A DNA stretch of 64,000 bases from Paraphysomonas bandaiensis. Its lineage: Eukaryota > Protista > Chrysophyceae. The position numbers and the translations under genes are program-made. The notes under the pieces were generated by a model. It was given only the letters and a program-made list of their open reading frames with translations. It was not told where the DNA came from and searched no databases. Positions 41,101-53,281 of the stretch are shown piece by piece; the first letter of the stretch is position 1; each line of letters opens with the position of its first letter. The DNA is taken from positions 50,649-114,648 of the forward strand of contig CBFFRP010000398.1 of assembly GCA_965644295.1 (NCBI GenBank). The letters run 5' to 3'.

Positions 41101-44100
41101 TTAAAATATTTTTCAGTATCACTCCCATGGGATCCAAACGCAGGGTCTCGTCTCACAAGGGAAAGGACACCAAATACAACGGATGGGTCGCCAGCTTTCT
41201 TGGCTACCTTACATATTTTCGTGTAGACGCCGTATGAGTCCTCTCCTCTAGCGGAATTATTTCGTCTTTCGCCTAACTCTCCCCCCACGGATAGAGAACT
41301 AAATATATTCAGCTCAGCCGCAGCAGAGGCCGCAGCAGCAGCTAATAGGTCCTCCCCAGTTCCCCCTGCTGGAATAGGTACTGTCCCGCCCTCGAGAATT
41401 CGTTCCGCTTCCTCGGCCATGTCTCCAGCTGCACCTGACGAAGTGGACTCCCCAGCAACAGCAACACCTAAACATTTACGTCAAATACAAATTAAATATA
41501 AAACTCTATTACCTGCAATTGCAATCCCCTTTTTCTCTCTACAAAGGGTTGATATTACAAGGGAAGATATGCGCTCAGCTGCTTGTGCATACGATTTATC
41601 CGTCCCTTTATCATCCTTTTCCCCTTCCTTTTCCAAAGAAATACTGCTGGCAATGTCATAGAGTCTACAAAGGCCAGCACAGCATACATCCTGCGCAAAA
41701 GGCTCTTGAGTTGATGCTGGTGTATTCCCATCCAAGTGTTGTTGTGGACCTCTAATAACCAGGAGAAAAGCCACAGCCATTCGCTGGAGCAAATTTGGTC
41801 GGTGCAATTCTTTGCTTTGCTTTAAAGCGACCAAGAGTACCACAGCAGCGAAGCTGCGTTCCCTTTCCGTCCGCCCCACACTCAACACCACTACTTCCAT
41901 GCGTTCAAGAAGTTGAATCAACAAACTAGTGTCAAAAGAGTCCGCCATCGCCATGCGCACCACTGCTTCCGCCAGCTCGAACCGAAACATGACACTGTGT
42001 GTATCCTTCACAAGTTTCATATCAAGCAAAAAGTGCCACACATCAAAGAAGTCATCTGTTGTACAATTACAAGCACACTTGATATATATAGGTCAGTACC
42101 TCTATCCATGGCTCCAGCAGCACAAAGTTTGGAGAGTGATCTCACTGCTGAGGCAGCAACACTTACTTCCCCTTCAATACCTTCTCCTGTTAACGACGCA
42201 CAAGTGATTGTGGTCCGAAGACCCTCTAACAAGATAAGCTGCATTGGCGTCTTTTTATCAGACATAGTAAACTCTTGAGCAATCACCGGATCACAGTGAC
42301 CTTCCACCGCACAAGTAGGAATATTAGTCGAAAGAAGACCCCGACCAACAAGGTCACCTAGAGCGTCAAGGGCAACCTGCCGCAGCTTATGTGGCTGTGC
42401 AGATAACTCATCTCCGACAAGTGGAATAGCCATCGGTAAAAGCACATCAAAGAGCTCAGAACACATCTGTACAACTCTGAGCGATGACGACGAATTCGCA
42501 CCCTCTGATCTAGTCATGCTGTACTCGCAGACTAGCGTTTCAACCACCGCTGTTAGACACTTTATCGATGAACTAGTCACCTGATTAGTTGAAGAACCAC
42601 TTTGCACTTTCAATAGCAAGATCCTCCATACTTTAGCGACAAAATTCATATCATCCTGAGAAAAAAAGCCAGGTGTAGGACTCATACATAGAAGGCCTAT
42701 TGACTGTGCCAGATACTGCTGACTGGGTTCACTAACTACCTCCATCCACTGCAACAGAGAAGCTAACATGCTCCGCCCCTTAGCAGTACATTCACCCGCA
42801 CCAAGAAGCAAGGAATTCCGGGTCAATTTCACCATTCCCTCAACTAGTAACACTTGCTCAGGGTTTGCACATTGTCCAGACACCTCTCGCTCTGAAGAGA
42901 CTGTATCCAGTACTCGTACTACAAGGGAAGGGGGTATGACACAATCTTGAAACGTCTCAGAACGGCGGAAGCGCAGCGCTATCATAGGCCACTGAGCAGC
43001 CCCAATGAAAGGCGCACACCCAACATCCCCTTCAGGTAGTGCCTTCTCAAGTATATGAAATACAGTTAGAAATACCTCTCTCCGGGTGGCCAAATACCGC
43101 TTATCCTGACTATCAGCTGATGAATCCCGGACAGAGAGGAGAGAAGAAATCAGACTCTTTAGTTCCTCACTAGTGTCCTTATCACCAATGCTCTGCACGT
43201 GCGTTCTCAATTTGATAAATTCTGTTAACGCAGCGGCATGCACAATATCTGAGGGGTCACCTGTAATCAATACAATACTCAAATCTCCAAAACAATTAAG
43301 CATTATTCCTACCGGCAACAACGACCAATGCCTCAATGGCTCTTCTGGACCACCCGTACATGGCACGAGCCCATTGCAGACCCACTAATCTCTTCTTTGC
43401 AACAGATGAATTACGCGCTGAGAGTATAACTGCCTCAAGCTTATCAGCAGAATATGGTGTTACAATCCCTATATATAAATTGTAAATAAAGATGGAAGTA
43501 AAGTCATATACACGGTACCTTGAGGTCTATGTTCCTGATACGCTTGTCGTATGCCCCCAAGAGCGGATAAAAGCCTCGAAAGTCCACTCTCTGTCTCTTT
43601 TTCTATTAACTTAAATAGAGTAAGCACCGCATCCATCCCATACTCCTCACTAACAAGGGCTTTAGGGTACCGTCGAGAGAGAGAATCCATGATGGCGTAC
43701 GCTTTCTGCATATAACATAAACTGAGCACAACGTAACATTAGCACCTACATTTCGAACTGTGGTATCTACATCATCGACAGAAAACGCATTTTCACCACC
43801 TAAAAATCGCTGCAGAGCAGCAGTACAACCTTGCATTAATATATAGATGTCTCTCTCTTCCAGTATATGAGTTTCTCTTAACACTGCCTCTGTTAGTGTC
43901 AGCAGAGAGCCTTGGAGCCTTGCCCCGGCTTGTACTCCAGCTAAAGGACCAGGAAAATCACCTCTTTTCGAATATACTCGGTGCACTAGGTTGGTCACGT
44001 CGTGAAGAGTTGGCAAGGCCTCTCGAAGAGCCCACTGCAAGGCCTGTACCCTCACTTCCTCTTTAAGAGGAATTCTGTAAGCCAATCCCCGTTCACAGGT

Positions 44101-45008
44101 GTCTTCATACCCTAGGCCACAAATCTTCAATAGAAATCCCGATGCCTCCTGAATATTCCCTCCTGATCGTAATATGGCGGACCTTAAACCACTGAGTTTA
44201 AAGTTCGCCTCTTGTGCCACAACAGGGTCTGGATCACAGACGAGAACGCTACATATAGCTGCGGCGTACTTCCCTTGCAAGCCAGGCGCGAACACAGCAC
44301 TGAGCAAGCTCAGTTTTAATGGAGATATCTCAGGCAAAGGCCAGACCTCCCTCTTGGCAGTGAGACGACGTACTCTCTCCTGCGAAAGTCCAGGCTGGAT
44401 GGAGCCCACAGCATCACGTCTGAGGCCTGGCAGCACCAAAGAGACATCCAAAAGCCACCCAAGAACTGCATCCTTCACCCACTGTGACGACACTATGGAC
44501 GGGGAAGTCATTTGATTGATCACCTCCGGAAGCATGCGTAGTGTATAATTTAGTAGAGCAGCAGCTTGATTCGAGTACTCTCCACCGTTGTCCACAACAA
44601 AGCTATCAAGTGCACGGAGGATCGCACATGCACAGTCTTCTCTACCACTAATGGGAACTTTGTCGATAGAGAGATCAATTAGACTTATTGCTATATTGCA
44701 GGCATATGGAAGCATATCTCTACGGACGATTCTATCTATCAACACAGCACAAGGCAGTGAGATACCCAGAGATTTAACACGCCGCGATATATTCGTCACT
44801 ATTGTCAACACTTGCGGTCTTAAATCATCTTTATTACAAAGGGGTAATAGCCCTGGTAGTAGTTTATCAAGCACTCTGGGGAGCTGTAAGGGGGGTTAGG
44901 AATAGAGTGATACATCACATGAACACATCCATTTACCTCATCGTTTGATGTTGCAGTAACTCGATCATGAACTCGTTGTAATGCCGCAACATCAGCAGAA
45001 GATGTCAT
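38179..45008 (-). CDS. ECM29: Proteasome adaptor/scaffold ECM29 (HEAT repeats), multi-exon
   Basis: N-terminal LDKLLPGLL. Conserved blocks LYMTRFDPTPSIR..MRTLW, QWRERESACLAL, RVLDDVRDTTR, SAMEP..LEY, GVGLATRVAA and W.GKE. Confidence 0.85.
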
Positions 45009-45192
45009 CTGCTACAACTGTTAATAGTCAGGGTGTTTAGTTAGGAGGATGTCACTGAGGTGTTGCTATATATCATCATGTACATATATACACGTACCAT
45101 TACACATATATATACGTACACTCTCCAGCTATGAATATACAGCAGTGTACATACTCCTGTCCATATTCCGAATATTCCTATAGAATGTACAG

Positions 45193-46162
45193 GAGAAGCT
45201 CTGTTGGGACAAACCGCCTCTCAGTGGATATTGAGGGCACTGAAAAGGACACACCTGCAGAAGATTTTCTATGAAGTTTGGAACGACCGCTCAAGATACT
45301 CTTCCCTTTCATTCTTCGTCAGTTGTTTTCCCACACATGTTATGGGGGAAGATACGTACACTACACACAGCACAGGAGTGTGTACTTCACTATACTATGG
45401 AACAGTATGGACAGCAGCAGTATGGAGATTCTTATACACATACACAAACATACATACATACATACATACATACATTCCCTGTCAGTATCATATCCTCATA
45501 TCCGTCTTTTCAGTCAAGAAAATGGCCAACCAAACTAAAGCTAAAAGAAGCTCAGCTAAGGCTACATCAGAGCCCAAATCCAAGAGGGCTCCTTCTGCGT
45601 ACAACATATTCATGAAGGCGGAGTACGTGTTCAAGTATTGTTGTTAAGTATCTGTCTCACTTTTGATTCAGGATCGCGAAGGTCAAGAAAGCCAATCCTG
45701 GTTTTGATCATAAGGAGGCCTTCAAAGCTGCTGCGGGACACTGGAAGACAGCTAAAGAAAACCCTGCGAACAATCAGTAATCCAAGTGAAAGCTATCCAT
45801 CACAGTATCTCTTACTACTCACAATATTTATCGAGCGAGATCACAGAAACTTCTTCACGCTATGTATTATTCGAATTATTTATTATCAGTTGTTATAAGT
45901 TAATTTAATGTTTTTTTTGTAATATTGTCAATCTTACCACTGAAAGTCCTGTCCATTTCGTGGTGTCCAAGATGGTCACTCTGTGGACAATAGCTTATAT
46001 GTATACTATAATGTCATAATGAATTAGTTAAACTAGTTTTGAAGCAGCGGTTTGGTGTTGTTGTTTGGGCAGTCTCATCATCTTGAGACTGGAGATGTGA
46101 AAAGGCTCATCATCTTGAGTACTGGAGTAGTCAGTGTTCTTGGTTTAGTGTCTAATCTCTAG
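45193..46162 (+). repeat. Left arm of a ~0.97-kb inverted duplication
   Basis: Near-identical to the reverse complement of 49371-50332; mirrored ORF coordinates sum to 95525. Confidence 0.97.
45522..45780 (+). CDS. 69-aa YABBY/HMG-box-like domain protein, copy 1 (intron 45623-45671)
   Basis: Spliced product MANQTKAKRSSAKATSEPKSKRAPSAYNIFMKAEIAKVKKANPGFDHKEAFKAAAGHWKTAKENPANNQ matches the YABBY consensus PSAYN.F.K.EI...K..NP...H.EAF..AA..W. Confidence 0.9.
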
Positions 46163-46614
46163 TTTATGTTTTATCTTCTTAAGATGGAATTGTATTTGAA
46201 ATAGAGCTAATTAATCTAGGATATTAATATTCTGTGTTAACTCGAATTTAAAATTCAGAATCATGTTTAGTGGGTTTACAGATAGAGCGAAAATTATCTA
46301 AGATACAATCATTGCAGTTTATTTTACATGTTTCCATAACCTACTTGTCGTCATATTATCGGGAGCCAAATTGCTGTAGCGCTATATATTATATGCTGTG
46401 TGAAAATTTACCTGGTGCTATGTAACTTTCTTACAATGATCGATTCATCACAAATGATTCTGAATGTAATTGATTTTTTATGGTTCAAAAGAAACTCAAA
46501 TGTGTCATCCAGGGTATCCTTTAGCCCTATGGTGTACATATGCTTGCCCAGCACTATGTATGTATCGTAAAATATATTTTATGCCATCTATTTACAACAG
46601 AAAGAAATACACTG

Positions 46615-49032
46615 TGTGATACCAGCGTCTCTGACCCTGGCTCAACTAAACCAATAACGAGTTCAATATCTCTGACGCGCTGCTCATCAGCACTCGATAT
46701 TGACTGTTGTTCTTCAATAATCATTGCTCTGATCCTTCTCAGAGCTAAATGAAACAGACTAGAGTCATGAACCTCCATTTTAGGTTCTCTCTCCATGGTA
46801 CTAATAGATAACTAACAATGAATATGACTGCAACTACAATACTATCTACAAGCAACTTCCAGAGTACAGAAATTGCATCTTATTATCAACAATCAATATA
46901 TACATATGATTCCCAGGCCAGAGGAAGGCCTCCAGGAATGACCTTCATCCATATACATCACTAATAACTCAGCCTGATCACAACTGATTCATCATCAATG
47001 CATAAGGGAAGATACATTCAGTATTCTCATTGTAGTTGAAGCCTTGTATACGTACTTCCAAGTACAGTTCAATAAACAATAAGTACCTAATGAAATACAT
47101 AAGTACAACTGTATTACTGGATAATCTGGCAATACACGTCTATCAGCATGGATATCAAACCCGGAATTCTCCAGTAAACTTCTCCAGCCTTAAGCATTAA
47201 TATATATATATAATAAGAACATATACATATAAATCATCAATCATAATATCTTCATCATTGAACTTCATTATTGGTAATCCTGTCTTTCTTTGTCTTTTGA
47301 ATAGATATATAAGTATCAATGATAAGCATAAATTGTCATATTCATAATATATCATATAGCTTAATGTGAGATATGGTAATAATAATAATATTCAATCTAT
47401 GTTTGCACAGATAGTATGTACAAAGTTAAGCATATACAATAGAGAGCTCATGTAGCATAAAATAACCAGATATGGCTGGTTATTACACTACCCCCTCCAG
47501 CAGTCGCATACGCCAGTATGCGGAACGAAGTTCACTGCGAACCTCTAGTATGTAGTTTCCTACTGATTGGATAAATCCGGACTTCGTACTCGTCAAATTT
47601 AGCATCATAAAGCACATTACATTGCAGCTGTACACCTTCATATGGACCTTCAAATTTCGCCTGTAGAATGGCCTTAAATTTGGTATGGTTCTTCATTGTG
47701 TAGGGTACATCATAATCACTAATGTGAACGCGTGCAGCTGGTCTTCTATGTTTCCTGGTTGGTATTGTCTATCGGTGTTGTAGACATCCTATCTTCCTGA
47801 AGTGGAATGTGTATGTGCCACATTCCCTGCATGAGGTGAGGGTATATATGACGACACTCCTTCATTCAGCATTCTTGTTACTATGTTCTCTGGCTTGCAA
47901 GGGGTCCATATGTACTGGACTATCACCTGTCGCATCTCCATCAATTGAACATAAATCCTCCTGGGCCCTCAATGGTTGGATTACATTCTAACCGATTACG
48001 AGAGGCTTGGGCTAACAAAAACCTCCACCGGGCTACTCGAATGTTCCACCAGTTCTGGAACAGTTGTGACTAAACTGTCGATATCCTGTTGAATTGCTCG
48101 CTCATCGAGATCGTTACCTCGGTCCACACGAGAATCAATTTCTGTAAAAAATGTGATACCAGCGTCTCTGACCCTGGCTCAACTAAACCAATAACGAGTT
48201 CAATATCTCTGACGCGCTGCTCATCAGCACTCGATATTGACTGTTGTTCTTCAATAATCATTGCTCTGATCCTTCTCAGAGCTAAATGAAACAGACTAGA
48301 GTCATGAACCTCCATTTTAGGTTCTCTCTCCATGGTACTAATAGATAACTAACAATGAATATGACTACAACTACAATACTATCTACAAGCAACTTCCAGA
48401 GTACAGAAATTGCATCTTATTATCAACAATCAATATATACATATGATTCCCAGGCCAGAGGAAGGCCTCCAGGAATGACCTTCATCCATATACATCACTA
48501 ATAGCTCAGCCTGATCACAACTGATTCATCATCAATGCATAAGGGAAGATACATTCAGTATTCTCATTGTAGTTGAAGCCTTGTATACGTGCTTCCAAGT
48601 ACAGTTCAATAAACAATAAGTACCTAATGAAATACATACTGTAAGTACAACTGTATTACTGGATAATCTGGCAATACACGTCTATCAGCATGGATATCAA
48701 ACCCGGAATTCTCCAGTAAACTTCTCCAGCCTTAAGCATTAATATATATATATAATAAGAACATATATATATAAATCATCAATCATAATATCTTCATCAT
48801 TGAACTTCATTATTGGTAATCCTGTCTTTCTTTGTCTTTTGAATGATTATGTAAATATCAATGATAAGCATGAATTGTCATATAGTCATAATATATCATA
48901 TATATCCTACTGTGAAATATGGCAATAATAATAATAATCAACCTATGTTACACATATAGTATGTACAAAGTTAAGCATATACAATAGAGAGCTCATGTAG
49001 CATAAAATAACCAGATATGGCTGGTTATTACA
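46615..49032 (-). mobile_element. Non-autonomous LTR retroelement (Ty3/gypsy-derived, TRIM-like)
   Basis: Direct repeats 46615-47487 and 48152-49032 with TG...CA ends. 4-bp TSD ACTG at 46611-46614 and 49033-49036. Polypurine tract GGAGGGGGTAG (minus, 47488-47498). 664-bp interior with a KFEGPYE (GPY/F) relic. Confidence 0.93.
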
Positions 49033-49370
49033 ACTGCCTCACCTATCTTTGCTCATACATTAGAATATATATCACTGAGTTTAGCCTTATTGTACAATTA
49101 CCTTATAGCTTATAGAGATCAGCCTCTAACAAGGGCACGTTAAGACATTACTTTGTATTCTGTCCTAAATATTACATAAAGAACATATATATACTGCACA
49201 CCATCATGAAAATGGCATAGTCCTTAGAAATCTGAGTTTAATACCTGGTGTGAAATCTTAACATTCACAAAACGGGTTTGACAATGCTACTCAACAGTAC
49301 CACCATCTAAATAACACAACTAAACTAAAGTCTGAAATAAAATATCCCTATAAAACTGTTAGTAGATATG

Positions 49371-50332
49371 CTAGAGATTAGACACTAAACCAAGAACACT
49401 GACTACTCCAGTACTCAAGATGATGAGCCTTTTCACATCTCCAGTACGGAGACTGTCCTAACAACAACACCAGACCGCTGCTTCAAAACTAGTTTAACTA
49501 ATTCATTATGACATTATAGTATGCATATTAGCTATTGTCCACAGAGTGACCATCTTGGACACCACGAAATGGACAGGACTTTCAGTGGTAAGATTGACAA
49601 TATTACAAAAAAAACATTAAATTAACTTATAACAACTGATAATAAATAATTCGAATAATACATAGCGTGAAGAAGTTTCTGTGATCTCGCTCGATAAATA
49701 TTGTGAGTAGTAAGAGATACTGTGATGGATAGCTTTCACTTGGATTACTGATTGTTCGCAGGGTTTTCTTTAGCTGTCTTCCAGTGTCCCGCAGCAGCTT
49801 TGAAGGCCTCCTTATGATCAAAACCAGGATTGGCTTTCTTGACCTTCGCGATCCTGAATCAAAAGTGAGACAGATACTTAACAACAATACTTGAACACGT
49901 ACTCCGCCTTCATGAATATGTTGTACGCAGAAGGAGCCCTCTTGGATTTGGGCTCTGATGTAGCCTTAGCTGAGCTTCTTTTAGCTTTAGTTTGGTTGGC
50001 CATTTTCTTGACTGAAAAGACGGATATGAGGATATGATACTGACAGGGAATGTATGTATGTATGTATGTATGTATGTTTGTGTATGTGTATAAGAATCTC
50101 CATACTGCTGCTGTCCATACTGTTCCATAGTATAGTGAAGTACACACTCCTGTGCTGTGTGTAGTGTACGTATCTTCCCCCATAACATGTGTGGGAAAAC
50201 AACTGACGAAGAATGAAAGGGAAGAGTATCTTGAGCGGTCGTTCCAAACTTCATAGAAAATCTTCTGGAGGTGTGTCCTTTTCAGTGCCCTCAATATCAA
50301 CTGAGAGGCGGTTTGTCCCAACAGAGCTTCTC
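49371..50332 (-). repeat. Right arm of the inverted duplication
   Basis: Reverse complement of 45193-46162 with a few substitutions and an indel near the inner end. Confidence 0.97.
49745..50003 (-). CDS. 69-aa YABBY/HMG-box-like domain protein, copy 2
   Basis: Apparently identical inverted copy of 45522-45780, with the same intron. Confidence 0.9.
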
Positions 50333-51341
50333 TGATGTAGACTCCTGCTGATGCTGTGGAGGTTAGATGGCTGCACTCTATACATGTATATTATAGCTAT
50401 ATGTGTGCTTTGCCGTCATCTTTTCTGCTATGATGTGGTTTGTACTGTGGGGTATACCTTCTAGATGTTAGTATTTCCTCAAAGAGTAGTGAGAATTAAG
50501 AGAATTATGAGTTCAGGGCATCACGATAGATTGACTCATACGCGGACCCTTCCTGACTTTAGAGGCGTGATTGAACGGAGTTATCCGAATGGAAACCTGA
50601 ACAAACACCCCTGATGAATACCTTAATCGATTTAATGATGAAAATCAGCTGCTATTTCTTGTGTTTCGAAGAACATGAAAATCTGTGGAACAGAAACACA
50701 GAACGTGAGTTCGAAATAGACCCTCTATATGATGACAACAGGTTCAATGAAGGAGTTTTGTCATTGCGTACTTAAAACGTGTGTGTGACATGAAGCTATG
50801 CTAAGTTTTATACGAAGTATTTGGACCCTTCCTTTGGAAACAATCATCAACTCATATTGGCTTAGACCTGTTTTATGTAGAAATAACACTGAGATTAGCA
50901 AATGAGATCGCGGATTGTGGTGGATGACTATGTAGAATGGTAAAATATGAGCGTTGTATGTGCTTCTGGCCTAATGTACCCGCGTACCCTGTATATTACG
51001 GCTACTCTATTGGAACGACGGTATCCAATCTCAATGGAAGACATTATCTTATCTTACACACGCTGACAACTGATTATTAATCAAGCTAACAATTTTAGAT
51101 TTTTTTCTGATCCTCTATGTGTACGTCCTTTCTATATTAAGTTATGGAAAGTCGGACAGTATACGCTGCACATAGTTTTGATAATATTATCACTTCAAAC
51201 TACCCAAAACGCAAAAAGTACATTTCAGCTTTATAATTATCATTTCATAATCTAGCTCATGCAAGCTAATAAACACAAAATATTCTACTGACAAAATATG
51301 GAAGTGAATCTCTAAACTATTTATAGTACATAATACTTAAC

Positions 51342-52653
51342 TCACTCAAACTCCATTCCAAGCCCAAACTTGTGCCCCTCATGCCCTGTTTCTTTGGCAT
51401 CCACCTAATAGAAAGGAAAAGTGAAATCACAATTGTGTTTAAAAACTATAATCCAGCGTATATAAAGTACTTGGTAGGTTTGTCAGTCAGACTACGGATA
51501 CACTTCAGAATTCCAAGTACCTACCTCAGCACACACAATCAGATGAAGATAATCTGACACTTTTTGTCTGAGGGATGCCGCAAAGACAGCATCGGAGTTC
51601 ATCTTACCCTTAACAACTGTCTGCTCATCCGGCCTGACAATACCGATCACTTGTAAACTATATTATGCATACATGCGTGCAATATATACCACACAGAGTG
51701 AGCATACGTAGGCAGCACTGTAAGAAAATTTAGCAAAACTCACATCCATCGTGATCCCACCGCAAGACTTTGGTAATTGCTTTTAATCCTGTATTCAACA
51801 AGTCCTCCAACGTCCAGACTGTCCGACACGTGGTGGACATAGGCAAGGCGCACATTGCTCATGAGATCCGTGGTGCGGAGAGATGCCGTCCAATCTGGAC
51901 CGTCGTAAGAGGCTCCTATACTAGCATCCATAAGCTCTGGCCGCTGTTCACGATCCTCGAAATGGGTATCTAGAAAGACATCTCCGCCAAATTTAAATTT
52001 CTCGTATTCACCCAGGATACTGGAGCTTACGATAGGCCCATTTACGATATCGACGTCACCCTGAACACTAACATAATCAGACAAAAAGTCCAGTCCTAGC
52101 TTGCCGTAAGATCGTAAAGGCTTTCCAGGTTCTGTGTGTGCATGAAAGTGACAGTGAAAATCGACTTTAATATATAACACCTTGTCGTCCATCTTCAATA
52201 GAAGAGGTGAATTTCAGACCTTCTGCAACCTTCAGGGATGCTTCAGCAAGTACTCTTCCATCAGTCTACAAAACCACTATAACGACACATCACTATATAT
52301 GCTAACTTCTCACTTTCACACGAAAATTTTCTAATGTGAATCCTAAGGGATTATCCCATCTAGCTGAAAAGCTACCGACAGTACCTGTCGGTGAAATAAC
52401 CCCAGCAGCACTCCTAATAACAACATGACTAATCATAAGATACTCATTGTTCGAAACTAACCATTCAATTCCAGATGCATTAGTTGTCTTCAGATCAACT
52501 TTTTTAGTATAAAAGTAATCGTCCTCAAGCAGCCCTGTGATACTATTACACAGACACAGACAGATACATACAGATACATGTATGCATATATATATATATA
52601 CGGGGTCACGTACCGTTAATCTTGTACTCCAAATTCTTGTAATAGAGTGACAT
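51342..52653 (-). CDS. VDAC: Mitochondrial porin (VDAC family), multi-exon
   Basis: N-terminus MSLYYKNLEYKIN|GLLEDDYFYTKKVDLKT, amphipathic beta-strands (VQGDVDIVNGP, IGASYDGPDWTASL), and C-terminal beta-signal GHKFGLGMEFE*. Confidence 0.88.
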
Positions 52654-53281
52654 GGTGATGTATAGGTGCGGTTATGTATGGGTGTGGATATAAAGCAAGG
52701 TAATAGATACTGGACAGTGTCGAACATACACAGCTGTCTGACTGCTCGTAATTAAACAAGAACCAACTCACACATGCATGTATATATACACAGTACAGGG
52801 GGTGACATATAGGCATATGTACAGGAGGATATATACACAGGTACAGCGGTACAGCAGAGTACTGCTGTATATACGTACTGCTGGACGTGTCCTATGCATA
52901 CCTGTGTAGGATCGATAGTCCAGAGGTACATATACTGTGGTCATGACACACATACAGGAGTGGATAAGTATGTACCGATGTACATGTCAATAAGTACATA
53001 TCTAGTAGTATGGTGTACTTATGGGTCCAATCTCCCATATACATACACATATAACGACACATAGTCATACGTCAGTGACACTCTCATCAACTTAAACTCC
53101 CATCATTCATAACAGACATCATATCAACCAACAAAAACACTCTCAGACGGTTCGCTGTATCACCATACATGGGAGGGAAACACAGCTGCTTGTAGTAATA
53201 GTAATCCCATGAGATAAACAGAGTTATTGTGATGTCCTGAATATAGACGCTTACTCCCAATAAACACGGACTGAGAGGACA

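Noticed and set aside
45204-45898. Overlapping 147/114/86-aa ORFs and their mirror copies
   Set aside because: Explained by the spliced 69-aa gene; the rest is promoter or UTR read-through.
50460-51060. Coding-like stretch with in-frame stops beside the inverted-repeat breakpoint
   Set aside because: Possibly a pseudogene truncated by the duplication, but no family could be recognised.
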